NCBI GenBank assembly: GCA_963843375.1
Contig: CAWJKT010000011.1
Location: forward strand, 384,001 to 448,000
Length of the DNA: 64,000 nt
Source: an uncultured Pseudomonadota bacterium
GTDB taxonomy: Bacteria > Oederibacteriota > Muellerivitia > Muellerivitales > Muellerivitaceae
Direction of reading: 5' to 3'
Shown here: piece after piece, positions 40,432-51,407 of the stretch
How the letters are laid out: every line of letters starts with the position of its first letter
Position numbering within the stretch: the stretch's first letter is position 1
The notes under the pieces: generated by a model
What the model was told of the DNA's origin: nothing
The model's input: only the letters and a program-made list of their open reading frames with translations
Databases searched by the model: none
Made by a program: the position numbers and the translations under genes

Positions 40432-41705
40432 CTATCGGATCGGAAAGCCGCCCCCATAGGGGCTGGAGTTATCGGGCGTGGGGGTAGGGGAGGGTGGAAT
40501 GGGAGTATCGGTGGCGGCGGGCTGGCTTCCCCCGAAATGACCAGGGCTGTATCGGGCACAATGGGCTTCAGCCGGATGATACAGTTGTTCTGGATGTCGG
40601 TGATATAAAGCCGGTTCAAGGAATCGCAAGCTAAGGATCGAAACCGAGGGGGAGAGGCCAGGTTTAATTTCTCATCCGCGGCACGCCATTCGCCGATGAA
40701 TTCAAAACGGGCGTTAAATATATTCACTCGGCCTGTCAGGCCGTCTGCCACGGCGATCAGTTTGGTTTTGGTGACAACCACTCCGGCCGGTTCCTCGAAT
40801 TGGTAGGGCCCGTCCCCATACCAGCCCTCCACCGTAACAGGGATGTTAGGCTGTGGGGTTGGCTCAAATGTGACGCTGCCCGAAGCGTCGGTGACCGGGG
40901 ACTGGTCGATGTTGGACGGAGACTGGTCATTGAAGACCTGGATGCGGAAGTTGCCCGTATCGGCCACGATGGCCTGGTCAATATTGTTCAAGGCCAGTCC
41001 GAGGGGAAAATTAAGTGTGCTTGTCGCGGTGCCGAAGGTTCCCCAGGTAAAGTTGAATTTTCCCATGTTGCTGAAGTTGGAAATCCGGGAGTTTCCTGTA
41101 TCCAGCACCCAGATGTTTCCAAAGTGGTCCTTCACAACCACCCGGGGATTCGTGAACTGGCGATGACGGGTACCCATGCTTCCCCAGGAAAGAAGGACAA
41201 GCCCGTTTTGGTCCAGCAGGACGATTCGGTTATTGAGAGTGTCGGCGACGTAAATTTGTCCATCGGGTACGACCAAAACACCCGCGGGATGGTCGAATTG
41301 GGGGTCATTGCGCCAGACGGCGGAAGAACCGTAGGAACCCAAGGCTTTGATGGGCTTTCCGTCGCAGGTCCATTCCAGAATTCGGTTGTTTTGTGTGTCC
41401 GCAATATAAAGATTGCCGTCGGGCCCTACGCAAATCCCCTCCGGGCCGTTGAGCTGGTTTAAACCCGAACCCTTGGTTCCAAAGAGGGTATCGAAAGTAT
41501 AGATTTTTTCGCCGGTCCAAGTTTTGGGCAAGGCGTTAGCCGGGGGCGTCTGAACGGGCGGGACGTTGGGGGTAGGAGTGGGAAGAGGTGCGGAAATAGG
41601 CGTGGCGGCTCCATTGACGTCATCGGCCCGGGTGACGCCGGGGGCGGCCGCTAGGACAAAGCCAAAGGCAAGGAAACCCAGGAACCATTTTGATGGGGAT
41701 AACAT
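40432..41705 (-). CDS. Secreted NHL-repeat beta-propeller protein; probable frameshift near the C-terminus
   Basis: Signal peptide; repeats of P.G.......IY.ADT.NNRI; after the 5-base run at 40529-40533 the other frame reads PAATDTPIPPSPTPTPDNSSPYGGGFPIR-stop. Confidence 0.8.
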
Positions 41706-41807
41706 GTATACAATGCTATAGGCCAACCCAAACGGCGTCAATGGTCACGGGACGGTGGAAATATTGGACATATCCGGCTCTTAAAAAAAATAAAAAATAA
41801 ATTTCCA

Positions 41808-42170
41808 TTATTTTGCGGGGGAAACCAGGACGTGGGACAACTCCACCAGCTTTCGCACCAGACTATCGGGAAGAGAGCCGTCCATGGTGAGTGTGTTCCA
41901 ATGCTTCTTATTCATATGGTAGCCGGGTTGAACGGCGGGATATTGCTTGCGCAGGGCCTGGGCCCAAAGGGGATCGCACTTTAAGTTGATGAACCAAAGA
42001 CCCCTTTCCTGGGACAGAGTCGCGAACATTTTGCCCTTGGTTTTATAAACCGCTACTCCCGGACCGAACGGAAAGGTTTCCACCGCTCCGGGTTTCGCCA
42101 GGAATAATCTGCGGTATTTTTTGAAAGTTCTTCCGGTGAAGGGGGAAAAAGGAGCCATGACTTTTTTCAT
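41808..42170 (-). CDS. MmcQ/YjbR family protein
   Basis: PFG....YK..GKMFA, NLKCDP and PGYHMNKKHWN. Confidence 0.9.
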   Translation of the reverse strand: MKKVMAPFSPFTGRTFKKYRRLFLAKPGAVETFPFGPGVAVYKTKGKMFATLSQERGLWFINLKCDPLWAQALRKQYPAVQPGYHMNKKHWNTLTMDGSLPDSLVRKLVELSHVLVSPAK

Positions 42171-42207
42171 GGACGCTATTCTCCGTGCTTTTGGGGTTTG
42201 GATAAAT

Positions 42208-42241
42208 AAAAAAGGAGGACGGGTTCCGCCCGACCTCCTTT
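42208..42241 (-). terminator. Intrinsic terminator after the Hsp20 gene
   Basis: Minus strand GGAGGTCGGG-CGGAA-CCCGTCCTCC followed by TTTTTT. Confidence 0.75.
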
Positions 42242-42274
42242 GAACTACAGCCAAACGGGGGAAGTCCCGCCGGC

Positions 42275-42739
42275 TTAGCTGATCTTGATCTCCACGTTCT
42301 TTTCCTTAGCTTCCTCGGCCTTGGGAACAGTCACCGTGAGGATCCCGTCCTTGAAAGCCGCCGAAACCTTGTCCGCCTTGATGGAGTTCGGGAGAACAAA
42401 ACTGCGTTGGAAGGAGCCATAATAGCTTTCCACGCGGTGGTATTTCTTGTCCTCGTGCTTGGCCTCCGACTTCTTTTCGCCGGAAATCGTCAGAACGTTG
42501 TTGTTGACCGCGATCTTCGTGTCTTCCTTTTTCATCCCCGGTATTTCCGCCCGGATGGAGTATTCCTGCGGCGTCTCGGAAATGTCCACCGAAGGGAAAA
42601 GCTCCCCGCTCTTCAAGGGGAATTCCCAGTCCTTCGGGAAATCCAAAAAATTATCGAAAATCTGCCGGATATTCCTATCCAAGGTCCAGGGCCTCCACAG
42701 CGATTTTTCTTCCGTGGGGTCGTACTTAATAATGGCCAT
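42275..42739 (-). CDS. Hsp20/alpha-crystallin small heat shock protein
   Basis: P.VDISET, AEIPGM.KED, LTISGEK, YGSFQRSF.LP and A.F.DG.L.V..PK; GGAGG RBS. Confidence 0.93.
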   Translation of the reverse strand: MAIIKYDPTEEKSLWRPWTLDRNIRQIFDNFLDFPKDWEFPLKSGELFPSVDISETPQEYSIRAEIPGMKKEDTKIAVNNNVLTISGEKKSEAKHEDKKYHRVESYYGSFQRSFVLPNSIKADKVSAAFKDGILTVTVPKAEEAKEKNVEIKIS

Positions 42740-42981
42740 AAGCCACCTCCTTATTTTGTATCTTGGCCTTATTATTAGGACCGTTTGAAATATTTTTCCA
42801 TGATTCCCGTCACAAAAAAATAAATTTACGAATTTTTCACGTAAGCATGACAAACCGGGCCAAAAGGCTTCATGAAAACAATTTTCGGGAAAACCTGAAA
42901 CCTGACGCCGGTCATAAACCATTGAATTTTTTTAGATAAGATGAATAAGATTCAGGAAAGCCTTTTCAAGGAGGCGAAAAA

Positions 42982-43158
42982 ATGGCGAAGGTAAAAGAAA
43001 AAGAATCACAGAAAAAACAAAACGAGGAAGTTTCCAAGGATAACCTCGAAGTGGCGGCTTATTTCCGCTGGCTGGAAAGGGGCTGTCCGCTGGACGACGC
43101 CTTGACCGATTGGGTGGAAGTTGAAAAGAAATTTCCGGCGCATCATCTGCAGAATTAA
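42982..43158 (+). CDS. DUF2934-like small protein (58 aa, not in the ORF track)
   Basis: AAGGAGG RBS; own translation includes AAYFRWLERGCPLDDALTDWVEVE, matching AY..W...G.P......DW...E. Confidence 0.75.
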   Translation: MAKVKEKESQKKQNEEVSKDNLEVAAYFRWLERGCPLDDALTDWVEVEKKFPAHHLQN

Positions 43159-43197
43159 AATCAGCGGATTAAACAATCTGGCTGGAAGTGGGGCAGT

Positions 43198-44046
43198 TCA
43201 GCCGAAATTTCCCGTCTGGTAGTCGGCGAAGGCCTTCTTCACCTCGCCCGGGGTGTTCATGACAAAGGGGCCTCCCCTGGCGACCGGTTCCTTAAGCTTT
43301 TGGGCCGAGGCGAAAAGAAAGTGTAGGGGCTTGTCTGTGTCAGATTGGATTTTCACCGAGTCCCCTTCCCCGAAGACTCCCAAATAACCCGCTTTGACGT
43401 AAGAAGGTTCTTCTTCCGGCCCAGTTTTCGCTTTGCCTTCGATAACATAGAGGAAGGCGTTCTGATCCTGCGGAGCGGGCACCGTGAAAAGTTTTCCAGG
43501 TTCAAGTTTGACGTCTAAGTAAGTGAAGGGAATAAACGACTGGCCGGGGCTCTTGGCACCCTCATACTCTCCCGCCAACACCTTCACCTTACGGCCGTCC
43601 TTCTCAAAAATGGGAAGTTTTTCGGAGGGGATGTCCTGGTATTTGGGCTCGGTCATCTTGAGCCTGGCAGGCAGGTTCAGCCAAAGCTGGTAACCCCAAG
43701 CTAGGCCGTCGGTTTGCTCCGGCATCTCGCTGTGGATGAGCCCTTTCCCGGCGGTCATCCACTGGATGGAACCGGCGGTCAAATGGCCTTCGTGGCCTTT
43801 GGAATCACGATGCGTAAAGGCCCCGGCCATCATGTAAGTTACGGTCTCAAAACCCCGGTGAGGGTGGTCCGGAAAACCGGCGGCGTAATCGTCCGGATCG
43901 TCGTTTTTGAACTCGTCGAGAAGTAAAAAAGGGTCCAGCATATTGAGTTCGGGGGAGCCCAGGATTCTCTTGAGCTTCACGCCCGCCCCGTCGGATGTAT
44001 CCATTCCCCGGATGATTTGAGTGATTTTACGGTCGGTGGTTTTCAT
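43198..44046 (-). CDS. Pirin family protein
   Basis: DPFLLLD, HPHRGFETVTY, WMTAG.G..HSE, QLW.NLP and GPFVMN. Confidence 0.94.
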   Translation of the reverse strand: MKTTDRKITQIIRGMDTSDGAGVKLKRILGSPELNMLDPFLLLDEFKNDDPDDYAAGFPDHPHRGFETVTYMMAGAFTHRDSKGHEGHLTAGSIQWMTAGKGLIHSEMPEQTDGLAWGYQLWLNLPARLKMTEPKYQDIPSEKLPIFEKDGRKVKVLAGEYEGAKSPGQSFIPFTYLDVKLEPGKLFTVPAPQDQNAFLYVIEGKAKTGPEEEPSYVKAGYLGVFGEGDSVKIQSDTDKPLHFLFASAQKLKEPVARGGPFVMNTPGEVKKAFADYQTGNFG

Positions 44047-44188
44047 GGCCCCCTCCTTTTGATTTTTCAACCATAAGAAAAAAAAGGTTTCGCGTCCAGG
44101 CACCGTCTTCAATAACTGGTAACCGCCGGGAAACGCGGTTTTTTTTCAAACCGGGTTAGGCCAGGGGTTGAAAAGAAAACAATGGGGT

Positions 44189-45037
44189 TCAGGCCAACAT
44201 CCACACCGCTACCGATGCGGTCAAACAATAGTAGCCAAACCAGGGCCAATGGCCCCGTTCCAGCCAGCTCGACAGCCATTTCAGGGCCAGGAGGCCGGCG
44301 AGGAAACTGAAAGCCATACCCAGAAATCCCGGGGAAAAGAGGCCGATTTTTTCCCCCAGGGTGAGGCCGGAAAAGGCGTGGGCTTTCATGAGTCGGTGGA
44401 TCTCCCGCCAATCCACGGCGGGCGTCAATACGACCGCCAGGGCGAAACTGAAATCCTCCGCCTTTGTCTTGGCCAGGCCGAGGATGAGTCCGGTGGAAAT
44501 GGTGGCGCCGGAGCGGGAAAACCCGCGGAAAGGAAGGCAAAGCCCTTGGACCAGGCCGATCCACAAGGACTCCTTCGGTCCCAAGCCTTTTTTCCCCCGG
44601 GAGGTCTCCTGAAAGCTGGAAGAAAAAAGGATCAAGCAACCGGCGGCTCCCAAGGAAATGGAAATCAACTTGAAGTTACCGAAGATCATTTCAACCTCGG
44701 CGTTGGGTGTCTCTCTTAAGACTACCTTTTCGATCAGGAATTTCAGGGCAAACCCCAAAATCACGGTGGTAAGGGTCGCCAGGAAAACCTGCTTGAGAAA
44801 GACCAGACTGTCGGTGAGAGACTGGAAATAACGGGAGCCCCAACTCTTTCCGAAATAAAACAAAACGGAAAACATCGTTCCCGTGTGAAGCATGACCAAC
44901 AAGAGGGTCATTTCCGGGGCGGTGGGGTCCAGGCCCATGAGTTTTTCCGCCACGATGACATGGGCGGAACTGGAAACCGGCAGGAGTTCGGCGAAGCCCT
45001 GAACCAGGGCCAGGCCCAAAATTTGAAAGTAGTGCAT
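44189..45037 (-). CDS. uppP: Undecaprenyl-diphosphate phosphatase
   Basis: QG.AELLPVSSSAH and GFSRSGATI. Confidence 0.9.
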   Translation of the reverse strand: MHYFQILGLALVQGFAELLPVSSSAHVIVAEKLMGLDPTAPEMTLLLVMLHTGTMFSVLFYFGKSWGSRYFQSLTDSLVFLKQVFLATLTTVILGFALKFLIEKVVLRETPNAEVEMIFGNFKLISISLGAAGCLILFSSSFQETSRGKKGLGPKESLWIGLVQGLCLPFRGFSRSGATISTGLILGLAKTKAEDFSFALAVVLTPAVDWREIHRLMKAHAFSGLTLGEKIGLFSPGFLGMAFSFLAGLLALKWLSSWLERGHWPWFGYYCLTASVAVWMLA

Positions 45038-45118
45038 TTTTATCCTTTGCTTCGAGCGTTTGAGGCGGGAACGGGCCCTATTTCACTCCGAAAGGGCGAA
45101 ACTTCAAAGAGAAAAATT

Positions 45119-46197
45119 TTAAAACCACGGACCCAAACCAAAGGCCAAGAGGTCGTCGTTCAATGGGATTTGGTAAGGGGCTTTAGAAACACCGGATTTA
45201 CGCCATTGGTCCAGAACCTTCATGTTGCCCAGGGTATCGGCCCAGGACATATCCGGGCATTCTTTCTTGCCCGCCCGGACGCATTCGGCCACCCGGTCGG
45301 CTTCCACGGTGTATAAATTGCGGTTGCAGTGAACGGGAATTTTCCGAGATGATTTTTTTGCCGCGGGTTTCAAGGAGAAAATAGGAGGTTCCGGCGTCCC
45401 ACTTGGCGAACCAGGGGGAAAGGACGGTTAAGCTTCCCTTAGACCCGTCGATTTTAACCCTGGATTCCCCCCAGTCGACCCGGATGGCGCAGGAAAGCTC
45501 CGCCAGGATGCCGCCGGGGAACTTGAGAGAAGCGAGGGCGATTTCATCCACCCGGCTTTTGAGCCGATAACGGCCGTGCCTTTCACTTCCAGCGGTTCGG
45601 CGAAGGGTTTACCCAAGACAGCGCCCGCGATAAGCCGGGCCATGGAAACGGGATAACAGCCGATATCCAGGATTCCCCCTCCCCCCAGGCGGGGATTGAA
45701 AAGCCGGTGGTGGACATCCACGGGGGCCTCAAAACAAAAAGATGCCTGGATCAGGCGGACCTCACCGACGCATTTTTTGCGGATAAGTTCCACCAGCCTT
45801 GCGGTTTGGGGATGACACCGGTACATGAAGGCTTCCATTAGGAATACCCGGTTACGCCGGGCAGCATCCACAACCCGCGCCGAGTCAGGATGATTCATCG
45901 TCAATGGCTTTTCGCAAAGGATATGTTTGCCCGCTTTCGCGGCCTTGAGGGCCCAGTCGGCGTGCATCGGATGGGGCGTGGCAATATAGACGGCTTCCAC
46001 CGATGGATCTTTCAGAAGAGAAGCGTAATTTCCATAAGCTTTTGGGATTTGATGTTCGGCGGGCGAATTTTTCCGCCGATTCGATCGAGCGGCTGGCTAC
46101 CGCCGCCAAACGGCCGGTGCGGGAAGCTCGCACCCCCCGGGCAAAGACTCCGGCGATGCGGCCGGTAGTTAATATTCCCCAATGGAATCGGTTTCAC
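45119..46197 (-). pseudogene. Gfo/Idh/MocA oxidoreductase broken by several frameshifts
   Basis: WGIL.TG.IA, AVASRS, VYIATPHPMH, GKHILCEKP, MEAFMYR.HP and GGG.LDIGCY spread over at least four ORFs. Confidence 0.8.
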
Positions 46198-46208
46198 AGT
46201 CCACCCCA

Positions 46209-47562
46209 TCAGTGGATGATAGCGAATTTTTCCGGTTTTAACCGGCGGCTGCCCGAAGCGGAATCCACCTGGATGATGTAGTAATAAACTCCGAAGGCCA
46301 GTCCTGGAACTTGCAAGGTGAAATCATTGGGTCCCTGAACACCGGGATTGGAGGCCTGGCCGATCAATTCGCCCACGGTGTTATACATTAAAACGTGGTC
46401 TGGCCCGGGTCGCACAGCTGCAGGTGTATTTTCATGGTGTTTCCCGAGACCGGGTTGGGATAGGCGTAACTTTGGTCGCAGGCAACATCCGGAGGAGTCG
46501 GGGTTCCGGTTGGAGCCGTGGCGGTCGGCGTGAGGTGAAGGTCCCGTGGCGGTGGGGGTAACGGTTTTGGTGAAAGTGGGTGTGACTGTTGGAGTGGTGG
46601 TGACCGTGGAAGTGATAGTAAAAGTAGGGGTTGCCGTCGAAGGGCGGAGGTTCCACAGCCTTCCAGAAGGGTGACGGAACCACCATTGATCAGGCTGAAG
46701 AAAACCTGGCCCCGATCGTTCACCGCGGCGCCCAAATGCCCAAGGCCCGGGAAGTAGACATTGTTTTTCCACGCTGAAGTCGAGCTGAATTCGTCCAAGT
46801 ATTCGGGGCCCGCGCGGATTGTTGTCTTCTCACCACGTAAATATTGCCCGGATGGGTCGGTCCGGAACCCAGAAGGGTCGAGCAGGTTGGTCAGGACCGT
46901 CACCGGCGGTGGCGGTCGGGCGGACAGGATGTTGAATTTCACGATTTGATTATTGTAGCTGTCCACCACATAAAGCCAATTTCCGATGTCCACCAATTGT
47001 TGGGGTTAGTCAATATTCCCGGGCTTCGCCATAAGTGGCCGCCGCCGCGTAGGCGGTGGCGCTGCCGTTGTATTCGAAGCACTTCCCGGCCGCGGTCGAA
47101 AAATAAACCGAGTCCGCCGCCCCGGAAGTGATCCGCCCAGACCCCGTAAGCCGTCACCCCGGCCGGCCCCATGGCTCCCAAGAAAGCGAAATTGGAGTCA
47201 AATATTTTCAGGGGCTGGGGGGCGCCCCAATATCCGCAACAAAGAGGTTGCCGTTGCCATCCACGGCCGCGTCGATGGGAATCACGAAGGTCACCCCTGA
47301 AGTGGCGCTGTTTAAAACTGTCAGCGGACTTTCGGTATCGCTGTTGAAAACCAGTACCTCCTGGGCATTGACGTCGCTGACATAAAGGCGTTTGTTGGGA
47401 TAATCAATGGCCATGCCCGCGGGGCCGTTGAAGCCGGCGATTTGGGTCAGGCCTTGGCAGCAGACGCTCGTGTCGGGGCGTCGGCGTGAAGGTTGAGACC
47501 TGGGCGAAGAGGGAGGGCGAGGCCAGAAGAAGGGCGATAGGAAAAATAAGTGATTTATTCAA
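46209..47562 (-). pseudogene. Secreted NHL-like propeller with Thr linker and CTD-like domain, many frameshifts
   Basis: Fragments GPAGMAID...LYVSD, AVDGNGNLFVAD, LYVVDSYNNQI, TATPTFTIT, AYPNPVSG and YNTVGEL...LAFGVYYY...KFAIIH. Confidence 0.7.
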
Positions 47563-47654
47563 ATGACCCTCAAATATAATGGACTGCGATCAAATGCGAT
47601 CGAATATGGAATAGTTTACCTTGAATGGATGGGTTGGTGGAGGGGCCTTTTTCC

Positions 47655-48154
47655 TTAAAGGACCAATTCCATCCGGTAATCATCCATCATGAATCCATTT
47701 CCAATATCCGTCACAACAGGGCCGGTGATCTGAAACCCCAGCTTTTGGTAGATTTCTACTGAAGGGTTGCGTTTATGCACGACCAGGATGATTTTGGTAA
47801 GACCTTGGTTTCCGGGAAAAGGATTTAAGCCATTCCAATAAGAGATGGCTATACCCTTTTCCCCTTGCTTCCTTTAGCAGGTAAAGCTTGCTCAAAAACA
47901 GCCCGCCTTCCCGCGGCTGGACGGCCAGGTAACCGATGCGGTCTTTTCCGTCGTTTTGGATCAAGTAATAGAAGTAACCTTCGTTTATTTGCTCCCCAAC
48001 GGCCTTTTGGGTCTGGAACTTTTCCAGCATGTAGGAGACTTGGGCTTCGCCAATGATCGGGGATGTAATATTCGGGCCAAATTTTACGTGCGAGAGTTTC
48101 CACCCGGGTTGCTAAGGCCCCATCGAGAACGGGTAACAGGTGAACGGTTTTCAT
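47655..48154 (-). pseudogene. GNAT acetyltransferase, frameshifted
   Basis: LA..IW.EYY, YML.KFQ, LFLSKLY....RGKG, Y.KLGF and DIGNGFIMDDY.ME across three frames. Confidence 0.78.
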
Positions 48155-48186
48155 GGAATGAAAAGAGGATGCCCGACAGGTCAAGA

Positions 48187-49245
48187 CTATGAATTTTTAG
48201 AAAGGGCTACTTGGGCCTGGCGTTTTTCGGATAGATAGGGCTGGTAATATTTTTCAATAAATTCATCCTTGAAATCCCGGTAACGGTCGATGCCGCCGAT
48301 CATATGCAAGCCAAGGATATAAATCCACGCGTAATCCCATTGGTTCGGCAGGAACCCCGCCCGGGCACCGTTGGGATACAGATGATGGTTGTTATGCCAT
48401 TCGCCGGTGATCATGCCCGGCCAAGCCTGGTTGATGGAAAGATCGCTGCGGTTGAAATCAACGCCTTCCCGGCGCTTGTCCTTGCCCCCGCCATGGCCGT
48501 CAAAATTGAAAGTCCTGACCCCCACCGCCCAAAAGGCGGTCCATCCAAAAAGGGTCGCGACGAGTGGCATGCCTCCCAAAAGATAAAAGGCGGCGAACCA
48601 AAAAATCCAGTTCGTGGCGAAATCCAACAGAGTCCAGGCTGGATGGGTGATGGATCCCCATTTCTGGTATTTCTCATAGCTGTTCACGTGGACGCCCATG
48701 TGCTTGATGAGGTTGGCCGTTTTGGCATAATCTTCCCGGGACAAGTCCCGGGCGATGGCCTGGTGGTTCACGTCGGCCAGGAAGCAATAAAGCCACCCGC
48801 CGTACACGTTGTAGGGGTCGCCGGGTTTTTCCGAAAGGTAATGGTGCACATGGTGGGAGACCACGTAAGCCTCCTCCGGGATGGTCTTGACCACCAGACT
48901 GCGCGTGAGGAATAGCCAGAAACCGTTCTTGAAGGTGAAGGCGTTATGGGAGCCATAGCGGTGAAGGTAAATCGTGCCGTGGGTTCCCAAAACCACCATG
49001 CCGTAGATGAACCCGATGATGAGAAGCTTCCAGGTGAAGTATTGGAAAAGAAACATGAAAAAGAAGGGCGCCAGGGCGACGATGACTAGCCAGCTGAAAA
49101 GGGGAAGCCAGCATTTGACCGATTTAAAAATGTTCAAGCGGCTGAAAAATTCTCTAAAAATCTCCCGATGGCTGGGAACGTAGAGTTTTTCATTGCGAAC
49201 ATAACCATAGGAAGGGGGATCCAAAACATTATCCAGAAAAGCCAT
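48187..49245 (-). CDS. Membrane fatty acid desaturase (delta-9-like)
   Basis: His boxes HRYGSH, HHVHH and WHNNHH. Confidence 0.88.
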   Translation of the reverse strand: MAFLDNVLDPPSYGYVRNEKLYVPSHREIFREFFSRLNIFKSVKCWLPLFSWLVIVALAPFFFMFLFQYFTWKLLIIGFIYGMVVLGTHGTIYLHRYGSHNAFTFKNGFWLFLTRSLVVKTIPEEAYVVSHHVHHYLSEKPGDPYNVYGGWLYCFLADVNHQAIARDLSREDYAKTANLIKHMGVHVNSYEKYQKWGSITHPAWTLLDFATNWIFWFAAFYLLGGMPLVATLFGWTAFWAVGVRTFNFDGHGGGKDKRREGVDFNRSDLSINQAWPGMITGEWHNNHHLYPNGARAGFLPNQWDYAWIYILGLHMIGGIDRYRDFKDEFIEKYYQPYLSEKRQAQVALSKNS

Positions 49246-49488
49246 TTGTTATCCAGTCGACTAATAACACCTTAAGAGGGAGTCACTTGTCATTCGTTTT
49301 TTTAACAGTACATTATAGCTTTTTTGAGGGGTCTGCGGTTGTTAAATCGGGGCGACTAAAATAAAACCCAAAGAGAGCCCTATTGGCCGATTAATCCTTT
49401 TCCAGGGGTCAAGGAAGTGAGGGAAAAGACAGGAAGGTATCAAATTGATCGATTCCAGAAAAATGCTTAAATCAAAAAGACTTTTCGT

Positions 49489-51246
49489 TTAAAAGGGGAG
49501 AGCCGGCGGGTCCATCTCGATCTTGACGGAAACCCCGAGGGTCTCAAGGCCGCCTCCCTTGAAGAGAGTGCCCGAAGTGGGAGTGGCGTCCAGGTAGTGA
49601 CGGCCGCAGGCCACCCGCACATGATCTAACTCGACGATGCTTCCGTTGGTGGGGTCGAAACCTACCCAGCCGCTTTGGGGCAAGTAGATCTCCACCCAGG
49701 CGTGGGACGCTTCCGACCACATTTTATTCTCGTAATTTCCGCCCGTGTAAATGTAGCCCACCCGATAGCGGGCAGGCAAGTTCAAGAGCCGGGCCATGCA
49801 GATGAAAAGGTTAGCGAAGTCCTGGCAGACCCCCTGGCGGCTGGTATAAACCTCGAAGGGCGTGGTGTTGGTGTTGGTGGAACCGGTTACGTAGGCGTAA
49901 TCGTCGTGGATGGTCTGGTTCATGTCCATGAGCGTGTCCAAAAGATCCATATCGTTGCGTTGAGCGAACCCCAGGGCGTAGTCGGTGAGTTCCTTGAGCT
50001 GGGTCTCGGGAAGTTCCGGGGGCAAGAGGAAAGGCAGCATCATTTGGCGCTGGCCGGGCATCCAGACAACGGGCAGGTTCTCGCGTTTCGGGGCCAGGGC
50101 CAGCCAGCGGGCCGGGCCCTCGGTCAGGCGCACCCGGGAAAAGGCGCGGATCACCATCTCGCTGAAAGGCTTGTCGACTTCCAGTTGTAGGGTCGAATTG
50201 CCGAAGACATCCTGATATTCCTGGCGCCGCCCCTCCACCGAAATTTCCAGGTTGAATTCCAACAGTTCCTGGAAACGGTCTTGGACGGGTCTCAAGCGTA
50301 AGAGGTGGCAAGAGCGCTCTACCGGCATGCGGTAATGGTAGGTGGTCTCGTGCGCCACGTTCATCACGCATTTGTCCATTCCCTTTCGTACGGCGGGTGG
50401 AGGAGGGACGAAAAGTGAAGTCTGCTGGGCCTGGCTGCCCACCAGGGTCCAGGTTCCGGAAATTTGGCTGGCGATGGAACTGTCGAAAAGCAAGCGGCTG
50501 TTCCTCACCGCCCGCAGACCTCCCGGTTCCAGGGGCTGCCAGTTCTCATTGGATAAGGGGACGTTGGAAAAAAGATAAACCGTCCGGTTTGCGTCCATGG
50601 CGCTTCCCAAGTCCATGGTCAGCTTGTCACTTTCCAGATGGCCCGACGGATGGGGAGGAATCCGGCGAAGCCCAAAGAGGCCGCCACGGCCTTCCCGGTC
50701 GCGGTAGGCCACATGATTCTTGCCGTCACTCAAAACGCAATTGATCTCGCCCAAGGCATTGATCTCGGCGAACCAACTCTGTAAGTCCCTCCAGGGCACG
50801 TCGGATAAACGACGGGCCTGTCTGAGGAAAAGCTGGTGCAGGAACCAGCAAAAGGCGTGTTCCTGGGCCGAGGAACCCAGGGGCTCGAAACTGGGGTCGC
50901 CTCCGAGCGAAAGCACCTTCTGGAAGTCGCCTTTGATGGTTCCGTCGAAGATGAATACGAACTGGCGGCCGCCATAACTGCGCAGGAAGGGCGGGAGGTT
51001 CTTGCCGGACTGGCGCTCGCCGGAAATGGCGAAAAAAGAGGCGGAGCGGAAACGGTTCCAATCGGACAGCACCCGCTTCAAATCCTCATCGCCGATTCCC
51101 GAACCCCTCATCAGGGTGGCGGGACCTTCGTCGCCCATATACCAGACCAGGCCCCAATCGCTGGGAGCGTCGGATTCGGAAGGGGCTTTTAGGCGCAAAG
51201 AGGGTGAAGCGACATTATCGAAGGAGAGGGAAAAGAAATTCGACAT
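49489..51246 (-). CDS. Fusion of a degenerate class II glutamine amidotransferase (YafJ/EgtC-like) and a transglutaminase-like domain
   Basis: N-half: WG..WY, N..PF, EP.G...E.AFC and N..LSDG; C-half: HETTY.Y, D.FGN, GVCQDFA, ASHAWVE and GFDPTN. Confidence 0.85.
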   Translation of the reverse strand: MSNFFSLSFDNVASPSLRLKAPSESDAPSDWGLVWYMGDEGPATLMRGSGIGDEDLKRVLSDWNRFRSASFFAISGERQSGKNLPPFLRSYGGRQFVFIFDGTIKGDFQKVLSLGGDPSFEPLGSSAQEHAFCWFLHQLFLRQARRLSDVPWRDLQSWFAEINALGEINCVLSDGKNHVAYRDREGRGGLFGLRRIPPHPSGHLESDKLTMDLGSAMDANRTVYLFSNVPLSNENWQPLEPGGLRAVRNSRLLFDSSIASQISGTWTLVGSQAQQTSLFVPPPPAVRKGMDKCVMNVAHETTYHYRMPVERSCHLLRLRPVQDRFQELLEFNLEISVEGRRQEYQDVFGNSTLQLEVDKPFSEMVIRAFSRVRLTEGPARWLALAPKRENLPVVWMPGQRQMMLPFLLPPELPETQLKELTDYALGFAQRNDMDLLDTLMDMNQTIHDDYAYVTGSTNTNTTPFEVYTSRQGVCQDFANLFICMARLLNLPARYRVGYIYTGGNYENKMWSEASHAWVEIYLPQSGWVGFDPTNGSIVELDHVRVACGRHYLDATPTSGTLFKGGGLETLGVSVKIEMDPPALPF

Positions 51247-51407
51247 GCGAGGATATTCTACTATTGAATCCCCGTGAATGGTTCTCTCAAAATATGCCCT
51301 TCCAAAAAATCAAATAGAAAAGGCAAAGTTACTCCGAGAACAAGGGTCCAAAAGTCCAAAAAAGGCCTGACTGCCTTTACCTTCACCCGGTTCGGAGCAA
51401 AAAAACC

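Noticed and set aside
42740..42980. CIRCE or other heat-shock element upstream of the Hsp20 gene
   Set aside because: No TTAGCACTC-N9-GAGTGCTAA match seen
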